Positions 1 through 13,913 of a DNA stretch of 64,000 nucleotides are shown in pieces. The notes under the pieces are model-generated. The model did no database searches. It was not told the DNA's origin and was given only the letters and a program-made list of their open reading frames with translations. The first letter of the stretch is position 1. The number at the start of each line of letters is the position of its first letter. Source of the DNA: Sphagnum compactum (lineage: Eukaryota). The stretch lies in assembly GCA_965153455.1 (NCBI GenBank), contig OZ234493.1:15676213-15740212 (forward strand). Reading direction: 5' to 3'. A program made the position numbers and the translations under genes.

Positions 1-350
1 CTTGAAACCAAGCACCACAATTCCGATGGTTGCACGATGGTTGGATTAGGAAACCGGGAAGCAGATCCGAGGGGAAAACAATTCTCTGCTCCAGCAAGCA
101 ATAAGCAAGAAATTGTCCGACAAGAATGAGCTGCACAACCCAACACTACCAGTACTGGTATCCGCGAAGCCCCTGGGAAATTTGCTGCGATGTGTATTTC
201 GCTGTCTCCCCCCGACAGAAGAAAATGACCCAACAACTCTTTGACCTTCGCGAAGGCTCCGGACCCTTCTTCCCGAAGGATTAGGGTTAGGGTTAGGGTT
301 TGAAACAAGAGCAGACAACTACAGGAGAGCTTCTTCCTTCGGTTCTTCAT
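1..350 (-). other. Probable 5' end (UTR or first coding exon) of a divergently transcribed gene running off the left edge
   Basis: ATG at 350 opens a stop-free frame (MKNRRKKLSCSCLLLFQTLTLTLILREEG...) to the window edge. The context is GC-rich and promoter-like with telo-box repeats. No recognisable domain, so it may be UTR. Confidence 0.3.
281..301. promoter_or_regulatory. Telo-box-like (TTAGGG)x3 tract
   Basis: ttagggttagggttagggttt lies in the region between two divergent 5' ends. Telo-boxes (AAACCCTA) are established plant promoter/5'UTR elements. Confidence 0.5.
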
Positions 351-639
351 CTACCCATGCAAAGCAGTACGCAGTATGCATTTCAGAACTGTAGAGCAGC
401 TATCTCTCTATAATTGTACATCTTTTCGGATTTCCCCCTCTTCGTACTTCGATGTTTGTCGTCGAAACTCGGAAGCTTTCTTTGCGATTCGATGTTTTGT
501 GGAGAGTGGAAACCCGGAAGTCTTATGCGATTTAGAGGGATGATCGAAGTGGTTTCGGGGTGGTTGGAAAACTGCGAATAGCTACGAAGTCCGCGAGTAG
601 GAGAGATTTGCAGCAAAAATCTACTGCAGTGATGCGAAC

Positions 640-3600
640 ATGGCCGGCTTGTCTTTATGCATCTGCCCTAGCTCAGTATTCTTGAGCTTCTGCAAGCGTA
701 CCTCTGAGTAAGAACCCCCCCCTCTCTCTGTCTCTCTTTCGCTCGCTCTCGCTTTGTAACTCTTTGCAACAAGACCCCTCTCTTTCTTTTTTGCTTTGTG
801 ATTCTTTGCAAGGAGAACCCTCTCTCTCTTTTGCTTTGTAACACTTTGCACATTGTGACACAATGCACATATGTCAGGCATTGTATTCTGATGAGAGTTT
901 TTTTTCCCCTCCATTTTGTGTTCAGGCCACTTGATCAAGCTGCTTCTCGTATCTGTGCCTTTAGAAGATTGTTTCATGGATTTGGGAAGTTGGTGCTGGT
1001 GTCACCGTTGCAAACAATCAAAAGAGAGCCTTGGAGCTTTGTGTCTACTGCTGGACACACATCACGAGATGGATTGTCAGGTATGTCCTTGCAACACATT
1101 TTGCAGCCCTCAACCTCTTATCTCTGATGAACAGTGGGAGATTCTCAATTGTGCTGAAAGCCCTGAATTCCTGCCATGACTTCTTGTATGTTTCTGATAG
1201 GTGTTTGCATCTCAGTTGTGAAATTCTCGGTCTCATTGCAGTGTAGAGAGAAATGTTAAGCTGCATGGCCAGAAGAAAGCTGCAGATTGAGGTTTTTGCG
1301 TGCTTGCACTCAGTCAATTTTGCACTCAAGAGTTTGGGTTTCTGTTGCAACAGGAGATGAGACCAGCAGGTGCCAAGAGCAGGTGCTGGGTGGTGCGATG
1401 TCTGAAATGGAGATGGATCTTTGGTCCAGACCTCCCACTGAGGCAGAGTTTGAATCTGGATATGTGAGTGACAGTGATGAGGTATAAACCTGCTCCCAGA
1501 TTGTCTACCTCTCCAATTCATCTTTTTCAGTGTTTTAGGGTTGCAGGAATTGAGTTTACTTTTAACTGAGAGGGGGTTTCTAGACAGGGTCTTCCTCAGT
1601 CACAGACCAGGATGATTGTGATGGTGACAAGACTCAACATGATCAAGAATGGAACAATATGCTTGAAGGTGGGTGTAATATAAACTTAACAAATAGCTGA
1701 TTTCACATCGAGTTTCACAATGCTTGATCAAGCTTTTTTCTTCATTGTATATGATTATACAGTGGCTGATGTAGCAGGGTTAGCGTGGGACCCGTACTTA
1801 GGAGATGTGAAAAGCAGTGAAAAAGATGAGGACCCTCCTCTTTATGTTCCACCCCCACCCATCCCACTGGAAGGTGTTTGTCCTCAAGTAAAGCTTTTTC
1901 CTCAATGTCTGCATAACATATTGTGCTAATTTCAGAATGATCTATGTGAATGAAGAACAATGTGAATTTTATGTTTTCACATACCATACAAGTCCAATGT
2001 TCCATCCCAACCGCACAGATATGGATATGCAATCTAAAGTGGAGATGCTACTTTACACGATGAAAGACCTTCTGCCAGGCCTCTTGGACAGTACCAAAGT
2101 AGAGGCTGCAAGATCACTTTTGAGTTCTTCTGTGGAGATCCAGAATCCTCTTGTATGCTATCAGGGAATTGATCGGTCTTTCTCTTCCCTCCCTCTCTCC
2201 TTTGTGTTATATTGGTTACCTCATAGGCCATCCTTGCAAATTTCCTTTTTGAAGTGTCTTTCTGTCTTGATGATAGCAAAGCGTTGTTAAATGATTGTGT
2301 CAGATACATCTTTTCTTCTTTAGTTGATTGAGCTTCCTGGATGGATAGGAAGCTTCTAGAAAATGCTGAAAAACCTAGAACCAGGTAATATTGTGTGCCA
2401 GGGAAGCCCTTTGTTGTGAGTAAGTATTCTGTGCCTGGGCCTATGTTATGGACATCGGCAACCAACTTGTTTGAGAGTTGAGTAGATATTGTGCTGTAGT
2501 GTTTTACCTTCCAAAGCTTAGTGGTGGCCAACCATGATGGATAGTAAAGTGATCGTGAAGATGGCTGTTTTGAATGTCTTCTGATGCGAATCTGTGCAGC
2601 ACTCTAGAAGGCCATCATGTACCACAGACAGCTGGAATGCAGTGTACTAATGGCTTCAGAAGTACTTCTGGTTGTGTGTTATGACAGATTGGATGCGCTG
2701 CTCAGAGTTCTATGTGAAGCCCAAATTTCTATAGATCTGCATGATATCTATTATGAGAATCTGATGATGCATCCAAGTGAGTTCATTTTCCCCTGTGCAC
2801 TCACATAGGGCACCGTAGGCTAAACAGTTATCTTCAATTTTGTGGCCACCAACTCAGGGTAGGGATAAAGCTCGGAAGGAACCATGGTACTAAGTACCTT
2901 TTCAATCAAGGTTGCATATGTAGACTGTAGTGGATGCTACACAGTTGTTTGATTCACTTCAGTTACTGGATCTGGTTGTTTCTGGAAGGCAAGCGCTGGC
3001 TCTATGTAGTTTGGACAATGAATATTTCAGAAGGTTCACAACAGTCTACAAAGAAGTTTGGGTTCCATGAATCCATATCACAGCAGCTCAATTTGGAGGA
3101 TGCTGAAACGAGCACTACTCAGTCACCTACAGACAGTGAGGGAGCTGAGTCCCGATTGCATGCTTTGGAAGGGTCTTCACTGAAGCTCTCTGGGGAAAGT
3201 GTACTTGAAATGGACAAATCTGGCCTGGTATGCTTGTTTCGACCTCAGAATGTTATTAGTTGTGCAATAGATTTCTTGTTGTTACTACATACTATGCTCA
3301 AGTGGAGATGGAAGAAGCTTCAGGTCCTTGCCTTGTCATCTGGAAGAGCATCAGCTCAACTACTTTGGATAGTCCCTGGGCTCTTTAGGCAGTTCTCTGC
3401 AAGATAGCTGTGGAGACAACAGTGCTTCAACCTTATATGGATGTGAAGGTGTTGACCTTGGTAACAAACTTTTTTTGTTTGGTGCAGGTGACAAGGATTA
3501 GCTCAACTTGGTATGTCATGCAAAAAGAGGGTGAGGCTTCATTTGCAGCTGCCAAGCATTGGCTCTCAAGCTGCATTCAAAGGTCATTCTGATGAATGGG

Positions 3601-3716
3601 TCTTACCTTACTTCTAGCTTCAGCTTGTAAATGGATCATTGGTTGCTCTGCCCAGGCTTTGCACCTGCTGTCTTCATAGCTTCTTCAGGTTGGCAGCCTC
3701 ATTCAAACAGCATTGA
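640..3716 (+). CDS. Uncharacterised multi-exon protein with acidic/Ser-rich middle; possible organelle transit peptide
   Basis: Phase-consistent GT-AG exons 640-707, 926-1080, 1354-1481, 1584-1668, 1763-1873 and 2019-2152 read MAGLSLCICPSSVFLSFCKRTSEPLDQAASR...EFESGYVSDSDE...LAWDPYLGD...KVEMLLYTMKDLLPGLL. Further exon-like blocks at ~3031-3227, ~3303-3390, 3488-3582 and 3656-3716. Exons between 2152 and 3031 are not resolved. Confidence 0.55.
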
Positions 3717-4111
3717 GATAAGAGGAACGCTTTCTCTCTCAACTATCCTTCTCTTCGAAAACTGATGAACTGCCATCTGCTTGATTGAGCACAAATGAAA
3801 CTAGATGTGTTTCATGAGGACTGTGTCCTATGAGACTCCATGGTTGCATATTGTCAATTAGGTGCTCTATGGGTTCATACCAAAATGCAGTATGTTTTGA
3901 TTACACGATCTGGCAGTTACAGTGCAGATGTCATGCTATCCACCAGCATCCTGATGTTGAACTCACAGTTAATAATCACACCTGGAAAACATTCCTTAAA
4001 ATGTGGGACCTAATGAAGATCCTAAAAGCCTTTGATGAGGTTGTGGTGCCCACACCATGCTACTTGTGCTCATGACAAACAAAACATACAATGATGTCAC
4101 GGACCAACAAC

Positions 4112-4287
4112 TAGTGACTGCATTATGAGGTAGGCTTGGTGCCTTTGGTGGGCTGGGATGATGGCCTTTGGTTTTGTATTGTACTTTGCTGATGTCATGA
4201 ACTACCAAGTAGTGGCTGCATTATGTGGTAGGCTTGGTGCCTTTGGCGTGCTGGGATGATGGCCTTCGGTTTCGTGTTGTACTTTGT
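4112..4287. repeat. Local tandem duplication, ~99-bp period, 2 diverged copies
   Basis: tagtgactgcattatgaggtaggcttggtgcctttgg...gatggcctttggttttgtattgtactttg is repeated as tagtggctgcattatgtggtaggcttggtgcctttgg...gatggccttcggtttcgtgttgtactttg. Confidence 0.85.
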
Positions 4288-4541
4288 CCTTTTCGCGATG
4301 AATGCTTTTCATTTGTTTGAAGAAAGAAAACAATTCAACACAACAAATTTGCTTATGAAAGTGGTCCATAATCCTCTCTCAGAATTGCTCTGGAACTGGA
4401 AAACCGAAGAGTGCATTGCTAGACCCACACTAACAAGAGAACGAAGGCTATATAGTTTCCAGTTACTTCATCTTTTCTGGAGATGTCCTGTTGTTGACTC
4501 ATTTTTCTCCAAATCTGAATTCCATGCCTAAACAAGGGATT

Positions 4542-4985
4542 TGTCACACCGTGGCCTTGCTATTCACATTGAAAATTATCTTAAGGCAAAAGAAGAATTA
4601 TGGAAACTCAAATATTACATGATGCAAAAAGATAATCTTCCAAAAATCCTCTAAAAGAAACCAAAATCCTTCAAGATATTAGAACTCTATAACTAATCTC
4701 ATGTCTCAACACAAGCCAAAATATCATCTTGAGAAAATCCTCATATAAGAATAGACCTATTATTTATTACCTAGGGGCCAAAATCCCTGAAGCTACTATA
4801 CTCTATAATGAATCTAAACACAATGTCCTTGCCTTGATAGGCAAAGCCAACAAAATTGAAGCATAGTTTTTTAAGAGGACTTACATGCACTAATTAGCTG
4901 AGGAAAGCTTAAAGTCTAATAGAATAGGAAACATGACCCTTGCCAAAATGTAAGACTGCTATATGTTGGAACTTGGGGTGTAAGT
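4542..4985. mobile_element. Possible old solo LTR
   Basis: Starts TGTCACACC and ends GGGGTGTAAGT (degenerate GGTGTGACA). Flanks ggatt/gggtt resemble a 5-bp TSD with 1 mismatch. Confidence 0.25.
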
Positions 4986-7900
4986 GGGTTTTTATAAATT
5001 TTTAATTTTATATATTTTTTTCGTTGTGTAGCTGAAGTGACAATCATCCATAAAAATGATTTATACAAAATGAGAGTATTAAGTGGCTATTGCAAATGAA
5101 TTATTTTTTCACAAGGCATCATTTGATATGGTTAGCTACCTATTTGAACATAATATATAGTTTGGTGATGCAATTTTGATTTTTGTTGAAATTTGGCGAT
5201 TAGTAAAATCAACAAACACTTTTTTTTTTATCCATTTTCCCAAAAGTTGCCAAAAAAACATTGGTTGAGACTATCAAATGAAGCAAAACAAATTGAAGTT
5301 GATTGACAAAATGAAACTCAATTTGTGAAAAATGCTTGATGATTATCCATATATTTGCAATTTTTAAAAACATAGTATTCTAAAAGAACAAGAAATAAGA
5401 ATATAAATGAATGTTGGGCAATCAAAAAAAGGAAAATTGATTGAATTAAAAACAAATTATTATTAAATATGTTGATATTTAACCCAATGTATCACACATT
5501 CTGTGTTACTATTTTTTGAGTAAATATTAAATTCTAAAAATTCAAAATTTTTGTTCAATTTTGAATTTCATCTTGATAAATTAGATAATAATTTCAATCA
5601 TTTCAAAATATGTTCAATACTTGACGGATCACTTTTTTCTATTATAAACTACAAATTATATATATAATCATGTGCACATATTTCATTTACATGTGATAAA
5701 GGATTCTCAAAGGATTGTTGAGACTTTAAGATTTTGAGACTTTTTTTGAACTTAATTTTTTTCAAAATTCCACACTCTTAAGATTATGAGTGTTTTTGGA
5801 GTGTAGCTAACAAGTTCTTATCATCGAAATTTTTTAAATCATAATTTTTTGTGTGATATTATATATAAAATAATCTTTTACAAATTTGTCATTATTTTGA
5901 TGCATCTATTGTCCATTTTCAAAAGTCTTTAACTAGAATCAAAACCTCAAGTTGAATTAAATGAATTTTTAATTTGCATACCTTAACATTGAATTGAGTC
6001 ATTTAACACGACTTGCTATGGTTACCATGATTTTCAATGATAAAAATTAAATCTTTGATAGTTTGCAAACTTTGCCCCCCTTATTGTCATTAAATTAGGT
6101 TGTGCCCCAACATAAAGCACTCAAAGAAAATTTGTAATCTATGTGGAGAACACCTTATATGCATGAATTTCCATCTAAAACAGAAATTGGGAAGGATATT
6201 ATGTTTACTCCTTAGGTATGGGAGAAAAATATGTCTATTTATAGGTGTAAGAACCCTCCCATTATTGAAGAGTAGGCATAAGAACCCTCCCATTCATATG
6301 CTTCGTGATCTATATAGGTTGGGTTCATGATGTAATTTACCTTGTGATTCATGATAGGTAAAGCCCATGGGTGGGGGACATTCTCAAAATTTGGGGTCAA
6401 ACTTAATTCACAACAACATATCTTGGTTTTACAATCAATTAATAAAACAATTATTGTCTTTTTTTATTACAATTGTAATTACAAATTCATGTTAATGATT
6501 GCATTAGTTGTACATGACATTGTAGTGCCACATGGCATTATGGTTTTGCGATTGTATCGATATCACGACTTGATGGTTTTTACACAAATATCAAAATTTC
6601 AAAAAAATATTTTTAATCATTCAAAATTAGGTAATAACAAAATTCCATTGATTCTTGCAACTTTTGATGAATAATAACAATTTATGGTCATGTGATGTTG
6701 ACGTGGCATGCCACATGGCAACGAGGTTGACTAATAGTTGCAACACCTCATGATTTGTAACATTAACTTCACCATGATTTATGTCATTGATTTGATGAAT
6801 TAATCTCATTTATTAACTAGTTGAAAATATTGTTGTCCTTTGCGATTAATACAATTTGGTAATTTATGTGATGATAACATGGCATGTTGTTTAGCAACAA
6901 GGTGTCACAAATTTTCATTGCAATCCATGATTTTTTTGTGACACCATAAGTTTTTGCGTGTCTTGAATTTATGGCACAAATATTTGTCATGACATGCCAT
7001 AATTTTTTGTTTGCCATGAGGTTTTTGAAGTTATGATTTCACATTTCTAATTGTGAATAATCTATTGTTAACTTGTAATTATAATTACAATAGTAAAAAT
7101 CATTTAAAAAAAGGTGACACATAACTCCTTCACTTTTAAACTACTTAATAGATTAGTTTAAGTTAATATACCTATTAAATTAACGTATGTATGAAGGTTA
7201 TTTAGTAAAAACCTACTTTGTAATATATGATATCTTGTAAAGTTACTTAACTAGACATAAGAAATTTATTATTTTTAATATGTTTAAGTATACCTATAAT
7301 ATGTTACCCTACTAATAGGTTAACTCAGATAACTTGCCTAGGTTTCTAGTGTTAGATTTTTTGTCAAGTTAAGTTAATTAACCTCATTGCAAAAAAATTT
7401 ATTAAGTTTGTAACCATTTCAAATTTGTGCAACTAGATGTTATTAGATGCAACTAGATGCAACATAATTATCTAAGATTTTTTTTTTAGCCTAAGAATGT
7501 TTAAGTTAACTTAGGTTAGGTTAGTAAGTAATATAAATTGACAAACTAATTCATCTTAAGTCAACCTAGGGACAGACTTAGCCTAGGACTTATGTCCAAA
7601 CAAGCTGACATGAATATATGGTTGATCAATTCTTTCAATGGCTTCATCAATGTTTTTTTTGCTTATTCCCATACAACTCCCATTCATTTTTCAAACATAA
7701 TGTTGTGCTTGTAATGTATTTGGAAAATTCAATTATGCAAATAGTTAATAAATTGATTATGTAAACCTTGATCAAGATATTCTCCAAGTTTATTTAGGTC
7801 GTAAGAGGTTTTTAGCTTGTCAAAGTATTAATCCTTAGGATTCAGTAAAGGTGATATTATGTAAATAGGTTTTTCAAAGACAAATAGAAAAGGTTCAAGA

Positions 7901-8861
7901 ACCCTACCCTTATCCTTTGCAAAAAAAATTCATAAAACTTGATTTTGATTGGGTGGTTACTAACAAACCAAAATAAAATAAATTGCCCTAAAGTTTCATT
8001 TATAGATCATAGAGACATTATATAACTTAAATAAGTGATATAGATTTTTTAAAATTATAAATTTCCTACTTTTGTTTTTTTGCAAGTTCAACAACATTGT
8101 TTATTAAAAAATGAATAAACATGTTAATAGTCATTGTGTCTGTCAAATGCATACACATTATCAAACATGAATAAAAAATGTGTAACCATTGTGCACTCCA
8201 CATGTTTTAAAATTATAAACTAAGGTCATGTTGAAAATGTGTGAATCATAATACAATGTACTTCAATGAGTGATCATAGGTATCTATGTCTACAATTTTC
8301 TCACCCATAACAATTATCTAATCAAATCAATATAGTGATTAGAAAGCTATAGTTTCCCACTCACAAGGATGTGCTTATGAATTATTTATTTGGGATCAAT
8401 GCATCTCTGATGGATTAGTTCTCAAGGGGGTTCAACAAGTCAATCAAATATTGTCATTCATGTGCAATATAAAAATTTGGTGAATATACATAGAAAATAA
8501 TGATTTGTATTTATTAAGTGGTCCAAATGGCATCCTAGCAATCTTTATTAATTAGTTTGGGAAACAACCACCAATTATGATGAACTTGGCTTGGAGTAAG
8601 ACAATGGGCATAATAAAAACTAATCCATTAGCTAAACAAGATTTTCTTCTAACCTTCAATGAGTCATGGGGATGATAATTAGACAATTTTTATTTTGAGA
8701 AACAATCTCCACATCAATTGGTCACACAAACAAGAGACTCAAGACATGTACATTTTAAAATGCAGCCCTCAAGAAGGGCTTTCGGTATTAGAGTAGGTAT
8801 TGGATATGTTTACTAAGAGGTTTCTTCATGATTGAAGAATGGGAAGATACTATTGATCGGG

Positions 8862-10497
8862 CTAAGTAGTAAATCCCTTGCGCTTGAGGACCACAATTAG
8901 GAAAGTCGTCCTGCAAATCTTGTATTCTTGTTGGGCTTTAGGGTCAGAAAGGAGGGAGGTGGCACGAGCTGTTATGCGTCGATGGTAGCGAATGAAGAAC
9001 TCGTCGGTGTTGTGTCGGCCCAGGTGTGCCTCTATGCTCGGGCCAGTTATTGCCCTCACCCATGCGGACACAAACGTAGCAAAGGATTTGGGGAATTGTA
9101 GCATGTGCATCAACTCGTCATCAGGGCACAGGTTGTCGTCAACCGGCGATTGCAAATATTGGATGTCAAAGGCACCACACTTGATGATTGATGCCTCCAC
9201 CTCCTCCTTTGAGCGGGCATAGGTCGGGAGGTTAAATGTGTCTCTTGTCTCCGTAGTTATCACTCCCTGTGCTTGCAAACAATGGGGATCCCAAAATTAT
9301 GCAAAAGAATTAAAAGTGTCAATCTATTGACAACTTGAACAACACCATGAAATTTTAGTCTACAACTTTTAGAAGGATTGCACCTAGTCTTCCAGACCAA
9401 AGACAATGGCTTTCTAGTTTTGTTTCATCAAAAAAATTGGTTCACCGAGAGGATAGAGTATCGTGTTCTTTACATACATCGTCAATGAGGTCGTTCCAAG
9501 CGTTTTCGAAGTCAGTACCAAATACACAACGATGGTACCATTCAGGGTTGACTTGGTTTTCAGGGTTGGCTGCGTCATGGCGGCCAACGAAAGACGCGAA
9601 CAAAATACCACCAGGCACCATTTCGGCAGCACGACTGTCGAGAAAGTTGTCCAAGTCGAGCATGCTTTGTTGAGCAAACTCTCGTGCAATAGTAGGGTTG
9701 CCGCCAAGAATCCAAGGGCGGCCTTTGTTGTAAAGAGGAGAACTCTTATCTGTCACTGTTGCTGGTATCTACATGCACAACCAGCAATAGTAGTCCTGTG
9801 AATGACTAATTAATCAACACGATAAATGCGAAATTCATTAGTATTCAATTGGTGTAGATGTGCATGGTGATTTGATCTGAAAATGCATACTTAATGTAGT
9901 CATGTGTACATGAGCTAGCAATCTTCAAGAAGAAAAACATTAGATCAGACTAGTGGAGTAATTGAACACCAATCAATTTACCTGAGACATCCAGTGCAAG
10001 CAGAAGATCGATATTGCGAAATGGATGCTCTCCGTGGGCAACAAACGATTGTAGAATGATCCTCCCACCATTGCTGAGAAGTAACTGCTAGCTCTTCCAA
10101 CATCGGCGCCATTGATTGGTCTAGCTATATCCTTGGCGTTTTGGGCCTCTGATGCCAATAGTTGAATAAGGGTATTGAAATCATTCCCGGGCAAGTCGAT
10201 GAAGGAAACAAGCATCTCTGGCATGCAAGTGACATGACCATTATTTTCGCTAGTTTCGACGTACCTGTCAGTGATACACTTCACAATGAAGTTCATGTAA
10301 CTTATGGAGTTTCTCCCAGTGGAGCAACCGAAATCAGCAATATGCAAAGGACCTTGTTCCGGCAGACTCAGGTGCTTAACAGCTTCGGCCATGAAGGGCT
10401 CCAACCTCCTGCTTGCGTGTGCTTGTAGCACCCCATTCCGCTGGTAACTGAATTCCCCATCACCACCCACCGTAGAAATAAATTTCGCCTGCTCCAT
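8862..10497 (-). CDS. SABATH family SAM-dependent carboxyl methyltransferase, copy 1 (403 aa)
   Basis: Exons 10497-9982, 9768-9478 and 9266-8862 with GT-AG introns in phase. Motifs GGDGEFSY, IADFGCSTGRNS, DLPGNDFN, GSFYNRLLP, LHWMSQ/IP, FLDSRAAEMVPGG and DTFNLPTY. Confidence 0.93.
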
Positions 10498-11319
10498 GTC
10501 CTGCAAGATACTTTTCAATCACGAAACCCAAAGTTATGAATTAGACACACTTCCTCTGAGATACAGCACTGTAAACTAAGAGAGTCTTTCCTTAAATCTG
10601 CGGTCATGGTTTGCATCTTTCCTTAAAGATGCAATTATTTTGGTCATTAATGAAAGTAAATGATGTGATGTCATGTGTTTTAATATTTAATTACTTAAAA
10701 TATAGATATTGTTATTATTTTTGAAATAATTTGGGACATTCAATTCAAATGTTTAAATGATCTTATATTATGACACATGGCCCAATGTAAATAAATCATT
10801 TGGCACTTTAAAATGAATTTAATACAACATATTATATTTCGTTGGTAGGTACATGAGTAGATAGATGCCCACAAACTTAGGCTACATACCAACATACCTA
10901 TTTAGGTGAAAAGGTAATTAGGTAGGTTTTACTTTCTTAGACTAAATACCTATATATGTGTAGGTATTAAGTAGGTAGGTACATAAATAAACCTAGGTGG
11001 GTAGGTCAAACTACGTACATACTTAATTTAATAGGTAAATAAGTAGTTTGGGGACGTAGGTAGTTTATAACTGTGCATAATTTTTCTTTTCGTTTTGGGT
11101 TAAGGCTTTTGATTGGTTCATCCCATCTGCATAAACTTTTTAATGTGAAATTGGATGACCCCATCCCCTGTTTATATAATGTTCAAAATAGGAATGAACG
11201 ACAAACAATGTGGGATCAATAAATTTTGAAATTGCAATTTCCTCACAAACTAAGTTCTAATTCCAAAACTTTCCCCATGACTTTTGTTTTTAGTTTCTAG
11301 ATTTCTAAGCATTTCAAGT

Positions 11320-12950
11320 ACATGCCTAATTATAACAATTGCTATTATAAATAAATCCTTATAAAAATCATTTATTTCAAAATTAATATCAAATTAATTA
11401 TAGTAATTAATATAAAATTACATTTAATATTGTAAAAATTGATATCAGTCAAATTGATTGTTTTTTTCTATTGGTAATTATTAATTATAAATAAAATAAT
11501 CTATTGAACATACATTAATTTTTCTAATTAACATAAAAATATTCTAAAAATATTTATCATAGATAAGTAATTATAGAATTCAAAAAATGAAAAATAAAAA
11601 TAATTTATAATAATTCCTTCAATTAAAATCATTATAATACTTATTTTAACTATATTATAAATTTTCCAAAATTTTAATTCAGATTTAAACTTATAAATTA
11701 TGAATTGTGAATAATTATGACTATTATAGTAAATAAGAACTAAAGGGATAAATTTTATATTATAAATCATGAATAATTAAATCTCAATTGTAAATGAATT
11801 TTGCAAGTATTGTAATTCTGATTTACAAAATAAACTAAGTAGTTACATTGATTTTAAAATGATTTTATGTTACTATAGAAGAATAATTATTAATATAAAA
11901 TTTTATCTTTTTATATTAACCATTTATCACAAATAATTCAATAATGAGTAATTCATACAATAATTTAGTGTATCCTATTTTTTTAATATACTAAATATAA
12001 GATTTTGGCTCATGATTTTAAGATTATTATAATATTTTCAATAAAATCTTAAGTATAAGGCATAATTTTTCAACTATGGAAATAACTAACTAATCAGTGA
12101 TAACTAATTAATTAATGTTTCATAACCAAATTAATTGAATAAATGAAATATTTAATAAATAATAATTATTAAACATAAATTATAAATATAAAGTATTAAT
12201 CCCTTAGAATTTAATAATATAATTAAAAATTATCTTGAGCTATCTATTTCATTTTAATATTCCCTGTATTTTTTCATTTTTATAGTTAAGAATAAATGTA
12301 AAGTATAAATATTTAGCAATAAAATGAAAATAATTGAATTATTATTTTAGTTAGTTGGTACCCAAGGCTAGCTATTTTATTTTTATTTTTCATATGACTA
12401 CTGCATTCATTATACCTATTTATGAACTATTTAAAATTATTATTATCTATTTGAAGTAAATATGTTATTCCTTTGAAAAGTTATATTTATTTATTTATTT
12501 ATAATTTATTTAATACAATAAGTTTTATTAGATATATTTATTAGTTATCTCAATATTTTAAAATAATAAATGCGTATATGAAAATGTAATAAAATAATAT
12601 TATTTTAAAATTGTAATAAAAGATAATATTGAAATTTATTTTTAGTATATGTAATTAATAAATATATGTAATATAATATAATACAAATAATTATAAATGT
12701 CTTTTGTAATAATTTTAAGAAGTATAATATAATAGCTTGGATGAACTTGTAAAATGGGCACAATATATGTAGCAAATATGTTATGGAGAAGTTTAATGTA
12801 CTCAAAATATACATTTAGTGTAAATATAATATCAAACCCATTTATGTTAATAATAAAACTTGAATACACATGTAATATGAATCGTAATATTTGTAAATCG
12901 TAATATACCCAACTATATTCCTTAAAATACACAAAATACACCTTTGTATA
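11320..12950. repeat. Extremely AT-rich low-complexity block (probably decayed TE interior)
   Basis: Almost entirely A/T runs. The short ORFs in the track here are composition artefacts (I/Y/F/N/K-rich). Confidence 0.6.
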
Positions 12951-13253
12951 CCTATAGGGCTTTAATTGAATTGGTCACATCTGCAACTAGTGAGACATAA
13001 ATTGTTCTTCTTAAATGAGAAGCAAATTAAACATTGTTCACACGGAAGGATGAAAACCAAAATAATCACAAATTAGTTTTGAACAACAAATTTCATACAT
13101 CATTATACATTTCTTCATGTTTCATTTTAGGCAATGAGGTGATGAAGTCATGTTGTAAAAATTAAATTTGTTTAGTCATTAAATGGTTGACTCTAGGAAA
13201 TTTTATTAGGTATTTAAACATATTCTCTTATCTAAATATAATTTGTATCGTAG

Positions 13254-13913
13254 GGAGAGTGGGTTCTAGTGGTTATGGATGATTGGAGTCCTTGTGAAGG
13301 CTAGGGTAAGCCGGCTTTTACAACAAGTCATAATGGGAATGACTATGGGGTTTTTTTCTTTCAATCTTGGAGAAAGCTCATGCAAAATTGCATGGTTCCT
13401 ACGAGGCTTTGGAAGGGGGTGTAGTACATGATGCACTTGTTGACTTGACTGGAGGTGTGGGAAAATAAATTGACATGTTTCATGAATCTTTAAAGTTGGA
13501 TTTCGTGAGTGGGCATCTTTGGTTCCAGTTGTAGAAATTCAAACAAGAAGGGTTTTTGCTTGGGGCTGACAATGTTTCAGAATCTGATGTGCATGTTTCA
13601 TCAAGTGGAATCATGCAAGGCCATGGATACTCCTTGTTGTAGGTTAGAACGGTTTGTATGTACCTATTTCTGCCATTGTAGACCTTGTGGTGTTCCATAA
13701 GACTTGTGTTTCTCTTCATTATGTTTATGCTACCACTGAATTATATTTTTTATAGCTGTGTATGTGGTCTATCTATGAGGTGTGTACTAAGTTTCATTCC
13801 TTTTATTCCAAGTCCAGGAGGTAGATGGACACAAACTTGTTTAAATTTGCAATCCATGGGTCAATGAAGTTGAATGGAATGGCCCTTGGTTAGATTTGTC
13901 TCTAGAATGGATT
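13254..13913 (+). pseudogene. DEK1: Dead fragment of DEK1 phytocalpain (CysPc catalytic domain): two exons and one intron
   Basis: Translates as GEWVLVVMDDWSPCEG*GKPAFTTS...[37 protein letters not shown]...LWFQL*KFKQEGFLLGA...SSSGIMQGHGYSLL*VRT, then a GT..AG intron at 13652-13820, then VDGHKLV*ICNPWVNEVEWNGPWLDLSLEW. This matches DEK1 CysPc around the catalytic His and Asn. It has multiple stops and a frameshift. Confidence 0.9.

Noticed and set aside
281-301. Interstitial telomere
   Set aside because: Only three units in a promoter/UTR context; better explained as a telo-box.
11528-12941. ORFs of 69-99 aa in the AT-rich block
   Set aside because: I/Y/F/N/K-biased translations expected from low-complexity AT DNA; no motifs.
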